Source of the DNA: a virus
Virus genome (UHGV): UHGV-0272730
Length of the DNA: 64,000 nt
Direction: 5' to 3' (one strand)
Shown here: piece by piece, positions 1 through 10,034 of the stretch
Layout: the number at the start of each line of letters is the position of its first letter
Numbering within the stretch: position 1 is the stretch's first letter
Program-made: the position numbers and the translations under genes
Notes under the pieces: model-generated
Seen by the model: only the letters and a program-made list of their open reading frames with translations
Database searches by the model: none
What the model was told of the DNA's origin: nothing

Positions 1-95
1 GGTCTATTATTCTTATCACGAGCTAGTCTGTGACCAATAACATCCACTAAGGTTCTAACTAGACCTTTTTCAAGTTCTGCTGTTTCTAACTGCAT
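1..95 (-). CDS. hypothetical protein, 3' part outside window (likely head/tail structural)
   Basis: Minus-strand ATG at 95..93 opens a frame (MQLETAELEKGLVRTLVDVIGHRLARDKNNR...) running past position 1; overlaps end of upstream ORF. Confidence 0.3.
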   Translation of the reverse strand, partial: MQLETAELEKGLVRTLVDVIGHRLARDKNNR

Positions 96-471
96 TCAGT
101 TTATCCCTTCTAATAATGATATATTCATAATGGGACGTATGGGCTAATTGCTGTGACCAATCCATAGTCATAAATACTTCATACTCATGACCATCAATCA
201 TAACAATATCAGACTCATTCCACTCTACATCATCTGAAGTTCTAAGTTTATATGTGGTATACAGGATTCTTGTATCGGTAAGCCTAATACCTTCCGGTAA
301 AGCAATCTGTGTACCATTCTTTACAGAACCTTTGATATATGGCTGGATATTACCTTTACAGTTAACCTCTACAACATCTTGTGAAGCTACCCAATCACCA
401 TCATCATTATAATAACCGTCTTCAGAGACTTTACGCTTTACTACAAAGCTGTGTCTGTTTAAGAGCCTCAT
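70..471 (-). CDS. hypothetical structural protein (head completion/connector region)
   Basis: 133 aa ORF co-oriented directly downstream of capsid genes; no motif recognised. Confidence 0.4.
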   Translation of the reverse strand: MRLLNRHSFVVKRKVSEDGYYNDDGDWVASQDVVEVNCKGNIQPYIKGSVKNGTQIALPEGIRLTDTRILYTTYKLRTSDDVEWNESDIVMIDGHEYEVFMTMDWSQQLAHTSHYEYIIIRRDKLNAVRNSRT

Positions 472-950
472 TTTTTAATACCCTTCTTAGTAGAAATTTT
501 ATAAGCAAGGTTATCCCTTAAGTCACCTGTCTCAACAAGAGGTGCATTAAAGCCTTTTTTCTTGACTGTGGAAGGTGCGTTAGGAGGGAGAATAGCAGAA
601 TTACCAAAACCTCTTTTAATTGCCTTTTGAGCATTCTTTGCAAATGCTTCTAAGGTATCTGAAGGGTCTGTGTTGAGACTGCTAAGTTGCTTATATAGAT
701 TCTTCTTAGTCTGCTCTAACAAGGTCTGTCTGTTTAGCATCATAGTGATTTCAAACAACCTACGATATACTTTACCAGAAGCTGAAGGAACCCCAATAAC
801 TTCTTGTAAATACATTAAAGCAGGATAAGAAAAACCAGAGCTATGTTGACCTTGTTCTTGAAAATACCCAACTTGAGCATTAGCCGTTTGCAAGTTCTTC
901 ATAGCCCCGACTAATTTTGCTCTAGCGGGGTGAATAACCCTTTTAACCAT
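468..950 (-). CDS. hypothetical structural protein
   Basis: 160 aa ORF, 4 nt overlap with neighbours (operon-like). Confidence 0.4.
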   Translation of the reverse strand: MVKRVIHPARAKLVGAMKNLQTANAQVGYFQEQGQHSSGFSYPALMYLQEVIGVPSASGKVYRRLFEITMMLNRQTLLEQTKKNLYKQLSSLNTDPSDTLEAFAKNAQKAIKRGFGNSAILPPNAPSTVKKKGFNAPLVETGDLRDNLAYKISTKKGIKK

Positions 951-1399
951 TATTCATCTCGCTCGATAATAAATACGCCATTAACACGGTTGCAGTAATC
1001 TCTGCCTTCGTATCTGGCAGCATCACCATATTCTGTGTATTTCTTGACAGAGCAAGGATTCTGACGACGCATGTCAATATCACACTGATTAATACCACCT
1101 GCATAGGGTAGTCCTGAAACAGAGCTTTTAACAAGGTCGTCATAAACAGCTTTCAGAGACTTGAATCTGGAAGAGTTACGTAAATAGACACCACCAACTT
1201 TCTCATCTCCCATCTTGGCTACTTGAAAGAGTAAATATTTAAGAGCTTTGATGGCTGCTTTCTTTTCATCCTTTCCAGATTCTAGATAGAACCACTCTAG
1301 CACAGACTGCTCAATAAGAATTTCATCATTATTGGTGTCTGTGCAGAGGATTCTTACTCTATCAAGAGGGTTATTGGCTGGGTCGCCTGTATAACACAT
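950..1399 (-). CDS. hypothetical structural protein
   Basis: 149 aa ORF between capsid gene and downstream structural ORFs. Confidence 0.4.
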   Translation of the reverse strand: MCYTGDPANNPLDRVRILCTDTNNDEILIEQSVLEWFYLESGKDEKKAAIKALKYLLFQVAKMGDEKVGGVYLRNSSRFKSLKAVYDDLVKSSVSGLPYAGGINQCDIDMRRQNPCSVKKYTEYGDAARYEGRDYCNRVNGVFIIERDE

Positions 1400-1420
1400 T
1401 CATAACCCTCCTTAAGAATA

Positions 1421-2533
1421 TTAGTCTGGTTTAGCGTCAGAACGAACGTCTACCAGCAACTGAGGACGTGTGCAGTATGGCAGCATGTAAGAGTGAGCTT
1501 CAAAGTCAATACCTTCGTCACGGTCTTTTTCGTATTCGAATACGTATAGTTCCTGACCAAGTGTATTCGCATAACCCATCTTAGGACATGGGCCATATGC
1601 CACTTCGAAGATGTTGTTTGCTTCACCCAGCATAGAAACGTTAGGGAAAGCATGTCCTACACCTACAGTTCCATCCTGAGTAACACCATCAATGCTCACC
1701 AGAGTGTGAACCTTACCACGCTTGTCTTTGAACTTACCGTTGTACTGGACAAACTTAACACCACCGTAGTAGAAAGTGTTCATGTGGGCCTGAACGCCGT
1801 CAGTACCACCAGTTCTCAGAGAACCAGTAATCTGCTGCCAAGCCAGTGGAGTCTGCTGTGCAAGATAAGCGTCACGAATCTTAGGATGCTTAACCAGTTT
1901 GCTGAAGAACACACGGTCAACAACTACGTGAATTTCTTCACCGTTGATTACAGTGCCAGTCTTAGCTTCGTCTTCCATGTGCATACGCAGTTCTTCAATA
2001 GAAGCGTCGATGTCAGCATTAGGGTTGTCAAGGTCGAAGTAAACAGTCTTCTTCTCAACGTCGAACTGCTTGTACAGGTCAGCATACAGAGTACCACGAG
2101 CATCAACAACTTTACCCTTCAGAGCTTGCATAAACAAGAACTCACGAGTAATATCGAACTTGGTACGAATCTTCATCAGCTTCTTAGCACGTACTACAGC
2201 TTCAGTAGTCAGTTCGTTTGCAGTGCCTGGCTGACGTACACCCTGAATCTCATCAGGAGTAATGCTTTCAACTTCTTTGAAGTACATCATTGGGAAGCTG
2301 ATTTGACGGACACGCTCAGGTGCGCTAGTCTCTGCTTTACGGCTATCACGGTCTACCGCATCAAGCAAGCTAACATCCCAATCAGTCAAGTCCATAAGGA
2401 AAGTAGTTTGGGTGATTGGTGCTGAACGGAACAGACCTAAGTTGGAAATATACCCATAAGTATTTGGGATAGACTGGACTTCACCAGTCAGGTCAGCAAG
2501 GAAAAATCTGCTTTTTTCAGAATTAGTCAACAT
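1421..2533 (-). CDS. major capsid protein (putative)
   Basis: 370 aa ORF placed after portal, protease-scaffold and decoration-like genes in canonical head-module order; size typical of HK97-fold capsid proteins. Confidence 0.6.
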   Translation of the reverse strand: MLTNSEKSRFFLADLTGEVQSIPNTYGYISNLGLFRSAPITQTTFLMDLTDWDVSLLDAVDRDSRKAETSAPERVRQISFPMMYFKEVESITPDEIQGVRQPGTANELTTEAVVRAKKLMKIRTKFDITREFLFMQALKGKVVDARGTLYADLYKQFDVEKKTVYFDLDNPNADIDASIEELRMHMEDEAKTGTVINGEEIHVVVDRVFFSKLVKHPKIRDAYLAQQTPLAWQQITGSLRTGGTDGVQAHMNTFYYGGVKFVQYNGKFKDKRGKVHTLVSIDGVTQDGTVGVGHAFPNVSMLGEANNIFEVAYGPCPKMGYANTLGQELYVFEYEKDRDEGIDFEAHSYMLPYCTRPQLLVDVRSDAKPD

Positions 2534-2566
2534 TGTAAAATTCTCCAGAATGTCTTATTATTGTTA

Positions 2567-2944
2567 TTACAGGCCAGTTGGTACGAAATCAATACCTTTA
2601 GCAGCCAGAGCTTTCTTGACGTTCTCAGCATTAACACCAGACTCAAGAGTAAGCATGTCTTTCAGTTCTGCGTCGCGGTAAATACCAACGACTTTCAACT
2701 GACCGTGGTAAGACAGTTGCAGGTCTGCATAAAAGTTAACGATACATACAGAATCAGCCTGAGCTTCTTCCCCTGCTGCAACTTTAGTACCATCTGCTTT
2801 CAGGACTTCACCTACACGGTATTCTGTTGAAGCAACTGGAGTGTACTCTTTGCGAGAGTGACCTGTTGGGGTAACCTGTTCCCAAAGAATGATATCATTC
2901 AGAGGTTCTCTTTTACCTAAGTGAGTAAAACCTTCATATGCCAT
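2567..2944 (-). CDS. head decoration-like protein (putative)
   Basis: 125 aa ORF between protease-scaffold and capsid genes, the usual decoration-protein position; beta-rich composition. Confidence 0.4.
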   Translation of the reverse strand: MAYEGFTHLGKREPLNDIILWEQVTPTGHSRKEYTPVASTEYRVGEVLKADGTKVAAGEEAQADSVCIVNFYADLQLSYHGQLKVVGIYRDAELKDMLTLESGVNAENVKKALAAKGIDFVPTGL

Positions 2945-2955
2945 TATTGTGTTCC

Positions 2956-4302
2956 TTATTTGATAAGAGATTTTAGAGCATTCTGGAGAGCCAGTTTGCG
3001 TTGTTCAGCGGTGTCTTCGGAAGCATTCTTAGCTGGTTCTTTTTCTTCTTCAACCAAATCAGCTTCGCCGTCATTACCCATTTCTTCCATAGCATTAGAA
3101 TGTTCAAGAACAGCACCAGCAGTTTCTTTCAGCTTGGTAATTTCTGATTCTTTTTCTTCCATTGCAGAAGCATGGGACGCGATAGTTTCATTAAGTTTCT
3201 GGTTAGCACCTTCCATAGCATTCATAAACAGAACGCTCAGAGGGTTATCAAGACCAGCACCTAAAATAGTCGTTGCAGCTTCTTTTGCATCAAACCCAAA
3301 AGCTTCAGCAGAAGCAGAAATCTTATTAGCCAAATCTGACAAAGCAGCTTCCTGTTCTTTAGCTTTCATTTGAGCAACCTGAAGACGCAAAGCTTCTAGT
3401 TCTTGCTTTTCTTGTTCAGTCATTTCTTCACCTGAATTGTTAACGTTTAAACTTACAGGAGCCTCTTCAGAACCTTGTAAGTAATTTAAGAAATCATCTT
3501 GAGACATGATTGAGTTAATTAAACCAAGTTCAAGAGCTTCCTGAGCAGAATAAACATTCGCCTCAGTATTCTTTACAGCTTCTTCAGAGAGATTACGAGA
3601 TTCAGCTACAAAACCTGTAAAGGTTGCGTAGGTATCATTAATTCTCTTTTGAAGTCTTTCTTTGCTTTCTTCTGAAAGTGCTTGGAATGGTGAACCCATA
3701 CCTTTAAACTCACCAGCTTTGATGACGTTAATTGTTACGCCATTCTTTTCAAATGCCTTAGTTAATTCCTGATGAACCATAATTACACCAATAGAACCAA
3801 CATCTGCATCTGGTGATGCAATAATTTCTTCAGCAGAAGATGCAAGAGCGTATGCAGCGGAACAAGCGAACTCATCTACATAAGCAATAATTTTCTTTTG
3901 GCCTCTTGAAGCCATAATGTGACGTGCTAATTCAAAGCAACCTGAAGCTTCACCACCACCAGAATCAATATGCAGAACGATAGTCTTAATTGACTCATCT
4001 GCTAAAGCTTCGTCAAAGCCTCTACGCAAACCTTCATAAGAGCTTAATCCACCTGTACACATTGCATCAATGAATGTCATACGATGGGTTAAACCACCCA
4101 TAATAGGGATAATAGCAATGTCATCTTTTACTTTTAAAAGACTTCTTGCTTCACCTTTGGGTTTATCAAAGTTTACTGCTGCTTGGACATCACCCAGCAA
4201 TCTGTTATTCACGTAAGTTGCTGCTGAGTGAGCTAATGATTCAGTGGCTAGTAAAGGTTGGTTGAATAATCTATCAGCAAGTCTGAAGATATTCGAACTC
4301 AT
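2956..4302 (-). CDS. prohead protease, S49/ClpP-like, with C-terminal scaffold-like coiled-coil domain
   Basis: 448 aa; N-terminal half resembles SppA/S49 peptidases (IPIMGGL..., IVLHIDSGGGEASG..., FACSAAYALAS); C-terminal half E/K/A-rich coiled coil. Confidence 0.7.
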   Translation of the reverse strand: MSSNIFRLADRLFNQPLLATESLAHSAATYVNNRLLGDVQAAVNFDKPKGEARSLLKVKDDIAIIPIMGGLTHRMTFIDAMCTGGLSSYEGLRRGFDEALADESIKTIVLHIDSGGGEASGCFELARHIMASRGQKKIIAYVDEFACSAAYALASSAEEIIASPDADVGSIGVIMVHQELTKAFEKNGVTINVIKAGEFKGMGSPFQALSEESKERLQKRINDTYATFTGFVAESRNLSEEAVKNTEANVYSAQEALELGLINSIMSQDDFLNYLQGSEEAPVSLNVNNSGEEMTEQEKQELEALRLQVAQMKAKEQEAALSDLANKISASAEAFGFDAKEAATTILGAGLDNPLSVLFMNAMEGANQKLNETIASHASAMEEKESEITKLKETAGAVLEHSNAMEEMGNDGEADLVEEEKEPAKNASEDTAEQRKLALQNALKSLIK

Positions 4303-4313
4303 TTTTACTCACC

Positions 4314-4646
4314 CTATTTGTTTAAATCTACAGAGACTGAAGAGATAACATAGATACCTTCTTCAGCAAAGAATTGAGGTTTGCTAAGAGCACCAGTTGC
4401 CACGCATTTATCGTTAGCATCCCACAAGCTATAGTGTGAGACCGTTGCAGAAGCTGGAACAGTAATGTTAACTGTGTCTTCTGAGGCAATTAAGCCATTA
4501 TCCGGTTCAGAAAAATAAATAGCCACTGGCTGAGTAACCTTATTTGCTGTAGGGTCTGCCGTTGGGTCTACATTGTGTAAAATAATAGTCGTTGGGGTTA
4601 GCGTGGCGAGGATTTTATTCTTACCATCAATAGTTAATGTTCCCAT
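4314..4646 (-). CDS. hypothetical head-module protein
   Basis: 110 aa ORF, start abuts upstream stop. Confidence 0.4.
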   Translation of the reverse strand: MGTLTIDGKNKILATLTPTTIILHNVDPTADPTANKVTQPVAIYFSEPDNGLIASEDTVNITVPASATVSHYSLWDANDKCVATGALSKPQFFAEEGIYVISSVSVDLNK

Positions 4647-5146
4647 TAATTAAACCTTACTTTTTGTTTAAGGACTGTTGAATGGTTACCAGATTCATCT
4701 ACCACATTTACAATCATATCATATACTTTACCTTTGACAAGTACTTTGTAATCATTTTGTGAAAAAATGTATTCAAGTCTGTCTGTTTCTTTATTAACTG
4801 CCATTGGAGATTGAAATGCAGTGTCGAGGGTAATGAAAGCGGCTTCAATGCTATTAACATTGATACGTTTATTCTCGCAGTTATATAACTTTACACCCAA
4901 AAGGCATGAACTGTCAAATGGAATTTTAACAATTTCACTACAATTTCCTAAAATAAACGGTTTTCCACTCATTGGAGCATCAAGTAACCTGCAAATAGTG
5001 AAAACGTCAGAGGCTCCACCATCACTTACATAACCTGAAAGGCTGACCCTTGAGCCAGCCTCTACAGATAATTTGTCAGTGATGATAAGAACACCTCTAT
5101 ACGAATGCACTCGTGTAGCATTTGAAATAGAGATAACTTCAGCCAT
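4646..5146 (-). CDS. hypothetical head-module protein
   Basis: 166 aa ORF between portal and protease genes. Confidence 0.4.
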   Translation of the reverse strand: MAEVISISNATRVHSYRGVLIITDKLSVEAGSRVSLSGYVSDGGASDVFTICRLLDAPMSGKPFILGNCSEIVKIPFDSSCLLGVKLYNCENKRINVNSIEAAFITLDTAFQSPMAVNKETDRLEYIFSQNDYKVLVKGKVYDMIVNVVDESGNHSTVLKQKVRFN

Positions 5147-6621
5147 TATTTATTTGCCTTATTTGCTGTGCTTGGGTCTTTCGCTGAAGGTGTCTTTGCA
5201 GTGCCTTCCCCAGCGGTCTTATAACCATCTCCTGAACGGCTTTGGCTATTTGGAGAAAGCTTTTCAGATACTGGCTGAGACTCATCAGCAGGAGGAAGAC
5301 CAATATGCTCTCTAAGCTTGTTAGATAGCTCTTTGTCAACTTCCAAAGCACCTACTGCAACAGTCTTCTGGATATAAGAACCAATTGCTTCAAGGTCTGG
5401 AGTTTCGATATCATCATATGTGATTTGTACATGTTCTTCATCATCCCACATATTAAGAGCATAAGTCTGTGCAACTAAATCACGGTTAATTACGTTCTTA
5501 ATTTGCTTCAGCAGAATATCTACTGACATTGCTAGTAAGCTTGTCTTAGAATCTGCAAGAGAGAATGAACCATATTTTGACTGACCCATAGCAAGAACAT
5601 CTGACATAAATGCCATCATAATCTGCTTGGAATATCTGTCAATAATAGAACCTGTATCGTATGCTTTAGCACCCTGTCTAGAAACTAATGAGAACTCGAA
5701 AATATCCTCTTTAGTATCTGGGTCGATATATCTAGGCCAGATTAAACCTGCTCTATCGTTAGCAATCATATCGTTAACAACAGTTTTGCAGTATTGTACG
5801 AAAGCTTTCTTTTCAGGTTCTGCATTTTCATCCAGATAATCTGGTGGTAAACCAATTTTTGGCATACCTACCAAGTCTCTTGAAACACCAACAGCTTCGT
5901 ACTCTTCAATCTGAACTTTATACTTCCACGGTACATAGGCATTGAGTAATGGTGAACGACCTTCTGGGTTTCCATATTCATCATCATACTTAAACAGCAT
6001 GAATTTAGCTCGTGGAAGTTTTCTTGTTAATGGTCTCTCTCCAAGATTAATTGCTCCAGCAATATGTGAAACATTTCTCAGATTCTGTCTGACACCAGTA
6101 ACTTTTCTAAAGTCTTCGTCAAAATACCACTTATCAAGTGTTGATTGGTTTCTGATTGGTAATTTAGCCCATCCAATTAGACCATCATCAAATTTTGACT
6201 GGTACTTTCCTTTTTTACCCTGTCGCTTCTTATAAACTTTCTCGTTAACACAGAACCCATAAGTGCAGAATGACATTACAGAATTAATAAAATCTGCCCA
6301 ATCATGCTCCATGTCATCCATTAAAGAATTAAAGAAGTCTGCTCTTTCAAGCATTTTAGGGTCTTGCTCTTTTCCCTTTGGAGGTACGAATCTCCAGTTG
6401 ACTTTTCTGACAAACATCTTAATAATATTTACAGATGCTGCTACAGCAGGGTCACGCATCATTAATTGGAAAGTTTTAATACTTTCAGGGAACCTTAGTG
6501 CCTGACGAGGTTCTTCATAGATTCTTCCATTCTTAACCTTCAGACCCAAAGAACCTACTTCACCCATTCTAAATGGTGGTAAGCTTTCTTGTGTTTCTGT
6601 AATTTCTGCCATTCTTCTCAC
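5146..6621 (-). CDS. portal protein
   Basis: 491 aa ORF immediately downstream of large terminase; size and position typical of portal proteins. Confidence 0.7.
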   Translation of the reverse strand: MRRMAEITETQESLPPFRMGEVGSLGLKVKNGRIYEEPRQALRFPESIKTFQLMMRDPAVAASVNIIKMFVRKVNWRFVPPKGKEQDPKMLERADFFNSLMDDMEHDWADFINSVMSFCTYGFCVNEKVYKKRQGKKGKYQSKFDDGLIGWAKLPIRNQSTLDKWYFDEDFRKVTGVRQNLRNVSHIAGAINLGERPLTRKLPRAKFMLFKYDDEYGNPEGRSPLLNAYVPWKYKVQIEEYEAVGVSRDLVGMPKIGLPPDYLDENAEPEKKAFVQYCKTVVNDMIANDRAGLIWPRYIDPDTKEDIFEFSLVSRQGAKAYDTGSIIDRYSKQIMMAFMSDVLAMGQSKYGSFSLADSKTSLLAMSVDILLKQIKNVINRDLVAQTYALNMWDDEEHVQITYDDIETPDLEAIGSYIQKTVAVGALEVDKELSNKLREHIGLPPADESQPVSEKLSPNSQSRSGDGYKTAGEGTAKTPSAKDPSTANKANK

Positions 6622-6628
6622 CTAGCTA

Positions 6629-8245
6629 TCAACGTCTAAGCCCCTCATATGGGTTTCCTCTCACTAAGTCTGTGTGAGCACCCATTGATGGCGGCTTGAA
6701 TAATTTAACTTCGTTAAGACTGTTGAAAGCATCACTGGTAGCATCCACTTGGTCATCTTTAGTTTTACCATCACCACAAAAGCCTTCAAGCTCTTGGAAG
6801 TAAGCTTCATTCCAACTACCTCTCAAGACTTTTACAAGTCCAGCTTCAGAAGCAGCAGAAAACCCCGCAAATCGGGTAACTTTATCTTTATTTGTTGGTT
6901 TAGCTCTTGCACGATAGCCTTTCTCGGCAAGTTTCCTGATGAGGGATGTCGCGTAGGATTTACCAGCAGCGCCTGGGTCTTGAGGGATAAAAATACCAGT
7001 TCGCTTACCGTCACTTTCAGCAGTCAAATTAATTTGTGTTTCGACTCCAGAGGGTCTATCTCTAAATCTTACTACATCAATGATATAATAGCAACCGTCT
7101 TTTTTAGATTTACCCATCTTAACACCTGCTGTCCAGTCTGGATTAGGGTTAATCTCAGATGGTAAAGTTGCTGCTAAGTCCCATGCTCTAACATCGAATA
7201 CATCTTCTGGGAGTGAATCAACAATCTCACACCATTGTCTTTGCCAATAGTTTGAACCTTCTGCACGAGCCTTCCAGTTACCGAAACGAAGTCTTGCAAC
7301 GTTTACAGGGGTGTTGTTTTCCAACTTACCACGGTACTTAGGCTCTAAGAAGTCAAGGATTGGGTTATCATCAATCGTACCAGAGATAAAGGTGTATGTT
7401 TGAGGAATCTCAAGAGGAAACATTTCAAGAATCTTGTCTCTCTCCCAATCAGAAACCATAACACCATCATTCATTACATACCAACGAATACGACCACACT
7501 TTTCAGGGTCTGGGTAACCTTCTTCATCTAAGAAGGGTTCTACCCAATCATAAATAAAGTGGTCTCTATCTGGGTTCATAGAAATCTTCATGTATGAGTC
7601 ACTTTCAGCACCAGAACGTAGACGAGTCTGTAGGTATGAAATCTGTGAAGCAGAGAAGTGTGTACCTTCGTCAAAGTAGATAGCTGAGTATTCAATACCC
7701 TGATGACCTTCAGCGTGCTTTTCAAGTTCTAGGTAGGTAAACTTGATAGTTGCCCCAGAAGGGAATGTGATAGTCATCTTCTGCTCATGAGGAACCCCAC
7801 CAAACTTACCAAATAGTTTCTTTGCAGCAGGCCATAAACCACCTTGTAACTGTGTTGTATTTTGACGGAAATATACAGCATTATAGTTAGGGTCTTCAAT
7901 AAACCTTAAAGAGTCCATTAATAATGCAGCAGTTTTACCAGCACCAGCAGCACCACCATAGAGAACCAAGTCAGCATTAGTATTTAAAAAGACCTCTTGA
8001 GAACCCGGCTGAGGGGCTACATAGTTCTTATCAGTCATCAATTTGAAGATAAGTCTAACTTGGTCTGGTGTGTATCTTAATAAAGTCAGAATTTGAGTTG
8101 GAAGGAATTTAGAGGGGTCTTTACCGTATGATTTGATAATTTCTTTTACTTCATCAGAAAGCCCCAACTCTCCAGCTAGGACTTTCCTAACATCTTCCAC
8201 TCGCTTCTGCTTAATAGCATTTAAGTCCATTAAGCACCTCCGCAA
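6629..8245 (-). CDS. terL: terminase large subunit
   Basis: 538 aa; N-terminal ATPase with Walker A-like VLYGGAAGAGKT and C-terminal nuclease-like half; directly precedes portal. Confidence 0.8.
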   Translation of the reverse strand: MRRCLMDLNAIKQKRVEDVRKVLAGELGLSDEVKEIIKSYGKDPSKFLPTQILTLLRYTPDQVRLIFKLMTDKNYVAPQPGSQEVFLNTNADLVLYGGAAGAGKTAALLMDSLRFIEDPNYNAVYFRQNTTQLQGGLWPAAKKLFGKFGGVPHEQKMTITFPSGATIKFTYLELEKHAEGHQGIEYSAIYFDEGTHFSASQISYLQTRLRSGAESDSYMKISMNPDRDHFIYDWVEPFLDEEGYPDPEKCGRIRWYVMNDGVMVSDWERDKILEMFPLEIPQTYTFISGTIDDNPILDFLEPKYRGKLENNTPVNVARLRFGNWKARAEGSNYWQRQWCEIVDSLPEDVFDVRAWDLAATLPSEINPNPDWTAGVKMGKSKKDGCYYIIDVVRFRDRPSGVETQINLTAESDGKRTGIFIPQDPGAAGKSYATSLIRKLAEKGYRARAKPTNKDKVTRFAGFSAASEAGLVKVLRGSWNEAYFQELEGFCGDGKTKDDQVDATSDAFNSLNEVKLFKPPSMGAHTDLVRGNPYEGLRR

Positions 8246-8251
8246 ATAGAA

Positions 8252-8452
8252 TTATTCAGAGTCTGTAGCAGTCTCTTCTTTCTTAACTTCGAACTTTGCA
8301 TCAACAGCATCAAGAAGTGCATCCATAGATGCTTCTTTAATATCAATACCTGTTGCTACAGATAGTCTGTCTGCAATTGCCATGATAGTATTCTGCATAA
8401 ACTCTAACTTCTTGTTAGCTTCATAAAGTTCTTTATAAACGTTCTCGCTCAT
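8252..8452 (-). CDS. hypothetical small protein upstream of terminase
   Basis: 66 aa ORF ending 7 nt before terL start; too small to assign as small terminase. Confidence 0.35.
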   Translation of the reverse strand: MSENVYKELYEANKKLEFMQNTIMAIADRLSVATGIDIKEASMDALLDAVDAKFEVKKEETATDSE

Positions 8453-8674
8453 TATGTTTTCTCCAAATAATTAATATTGTTTCCCCTTAAAAAAGACGGC
8501 ACAGAGACCGTCAAGGAGAAACCACAATGTACGTCAGAGACATACTGTATAAGCCTTCTTATAAAGTATAACTCTGTAAAAAAGCCCTGTCTAAAAATAC
8601 TCTTCGGTAGCGAAAGGAAGAATACTTATAGCAGGGCATTATTATTATTTTAATTGAGAGAGAGTAAAATAACT

Positions 8675-8750
8675 TGGAGAATCCGAAGGGACTCGAACCC
8701 TTATAAACCTGTTTTGCAGACAGGCACATAGCCATTTCTGTCACGGATTC
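8675..8750 (-). tRNA. tRNA-Cys (anticodon GCA)
   Basis: Cloverleaf parsed on reverse complement: acceptor GAATCCG/CGGATTC, anticodon arm CCTGT-CTGCAAA-ACAGG, T arm AAGGG-TTCGAGT-CCCTT, CCA encoded. Confidence 0.75.
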
Positions 8751-8754
8751 AAAT

Positions 8755-8847
8755 TGGAGGAAGATACCAGACTTGAACTGGTACACCGATTTCTCAGCTA
8801 CTGGCAGTTTAGCAAACTGCTCCCTTACCTTTTAGGGTTAATCTTCC
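8755..8847 (-). tRNA. tRNA-Ser (anticodon GCT), class II with long variable arm
   Basis: Acceptor GGAAGAT/ATCTTCC, anticodon arm GCAGT-TTGCTAA-ACTGC, about 21 nt variable arm, T arm ACCAG-TTCAAGT-CTGGT. Confidence 0.65.
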
Positions 8848-8848
8848 A

Positions 8849-9646
8849 TTATTTCTGTAATGCGTTCTTCATTTCTGGTGTTGCAATAGTGTCAATCACA
8901 CCAGTTTTACAAGCATCATCAAACCAGTCTGGTAAGATACCTGCTAAGAACCCATTGATATTCGTTTTAAGGTACTCTGCAATAAGAGCAGCTTCTTCTT
9001 CAATCATCTGCACAACTTCATCTGCATAAGCTGTAATTTTTGAAATACCTTCATTAATCTTACTAACAGCTTGCTCAGCTAAATCAGAAATAGTATCAAG
9101 ACCTTTGTCAATAGCATCTTGTAAGTCACTTAACACACCATTAACACTATCTAGTGCACTGTTAATCGTATCAATAGCTTTTTGACCATACTCTGTAGCA
9201 ACACCCATAATACCACTAAATGGTGTACAGCCAACTTGTTCACCTACTGCACCCATAACATTAGAGTAACCTTTTGCTACCTGCATACGTGATGAAAACT
9301 CATCAATGGACTTTTGACCATAGTCTGTTAAGGTCTTAGTAGTCGCTGTAGTGCTTGTAAGGCTTGTTGTAAAGCTGTTTAGAAGGACTGTTGTAAGTCC
9401 AGCAGCAACAAGTTTCTCCTTCATTGTAGGGTCTGTTACAGAGCTAATAGAACTTACAAGTGATGTAGAGGCAGCTACGGTTCCACCGAGAACTGCTGCA
9501 CCAGTAATAAGGGGATTGGAAAACCCTCTACCGGTTTTTAAGAGATTAAAAATCTCCTTACCTTGTTCTGTCATCTCTTTCATTAAGCACCTTTGAAATT
9601 GGTAGTCCAGTGGGATTTGAACCCTCTTCTCATGTTTTTCAGACAC
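8849..9646 (-). CDS. hypothetical protein embedded in tRNA array
   Basis: 265 aa ORF exactly filling the gap between two tRNAs; Ser/Thr/Ala-rich N-terminus and helical C-terminus. Confidence 0.45.
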   Translation of the reverse strand: MSEKHEKRVQIPLDYQFQRCLMKEMTEQGKEIFNLLKTGRGFSNPLITGAAVLGGTVAASTSLVSSISSVTDPTMKEKLVAAGLTTVLLNSFTTSLTSTTATTKTLTDYGQKSIDEFSSRMQVAKGYSNVMGAVGEQVGCTPFSGIMGVATEYGQKAIDTINSALDSVNGVLSDLQDAIDKGLDTISDLAEQAVSKINEGISKITAYADEVVQMIEEEAALIAEYLKTNINGFLAGILPDWFDDACKTGVIDTIATPEMKNALQK

Positions 9647-9676
9647 GCGCTTTAACCATATAAGCTACTTGGACTA
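9600..9676 (-). tRNA. tRNA-Phe (anticodon GAA), tentative
   Basis: Acceptor TAGTCCA/TGGACTA, anticodon arm CGTGT-CTGAAAA-ACATG, T loop TTCAAAT. Confidence 0.6.
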
Positions 9677-9681
9677 TAAAT

Positions 9682-9757
9682 TGGGGTGACCTACGGGATT
9701 TGAACCCGTATAGACCATGTTCACAGCATGGGTCATTACCATTTATGATAAGGCCAC
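9682..9757 (-). tRNA. tRNA-His (anticodon GTG)
   Basis: Anticodon arm CCATG-CTGTGAA-CATGG, T arm ACGGG-TTCAAAT-CCCGT, CCA encoded. Confidence 0.65.
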
Positions 9758-9788
9758 ATTTAAGGACTCTCGTAAGAATCCTTAGAAG

Positions 9789-9864
9789 TGGCAGCGGCAT
9801 AAGGATTTGAACCTTAATAGGACAGCTTCAGAGACTGTTGCATTGCCAGTTATGCTATACCGCT
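9789..9864 (-). tRNA. tRNA with anticodon CTG (Gln-type), tentative
   Basis: Acceptor AGCGGTA/TGCCGCT, anticodon arm ACAGT-CTCTGAA-GCTGT, T arm TAAGG-TTCAAAT-CCTTA, CCA encoded. Confidence 0.55.
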
Positions 9865-9869
9865 AAATT

Positions 9870-9948
9870 TGGTACTCCATATCGGATTCGAACCGATACA
9901 TAACACAGATTTTAAGTCTGGCCTCTCTGCCAATTGGAGTAATGGAGC
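9870..9948 (-). tRNA. tRNA with anticodon loop CTTAAAA (anticodon TAA, Leu-type) but short variable arm
   Basis: Acceptor GCTCCAT/ATGGAGT, T arm ATCGG-TTCGAAT-CCGAT; 79 nt, unusual for tRNA-Leu. Confidence 0.5.
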
Positions 9949-9950
9949 AT

Positions 9951-10026
9951 TGGCGGGGGATGTTGGAATTGAACCAACTTCTTCGATTTCAAAGACCGAG
10001 GTTTTAACCTTGTAAACTAATCCCCT
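9951..10026 (-). tRNA. tRNA-Gln (anticodon TTG), tentative
   Basis: Anticodon arm TCGGT-CTTTGAA-ATCGA, T arm GTTGG-TTCAATT-CCAAC, CCA encoded. Confidence 0.55.
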
Positions 10027-10034
10027 TTAAATCT

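Noticed and set aside
1652-2425. 257 aa plus-strand ORF
   Set aside because: Lies entirely antisense within the capsid gene; low-complexity S/T/N/L-rich translation typical of a shadow ORF
6749-7165. 138 aa plus-strand ORF
   Set aside because: Antisense within terminase large subunit gene; no start context
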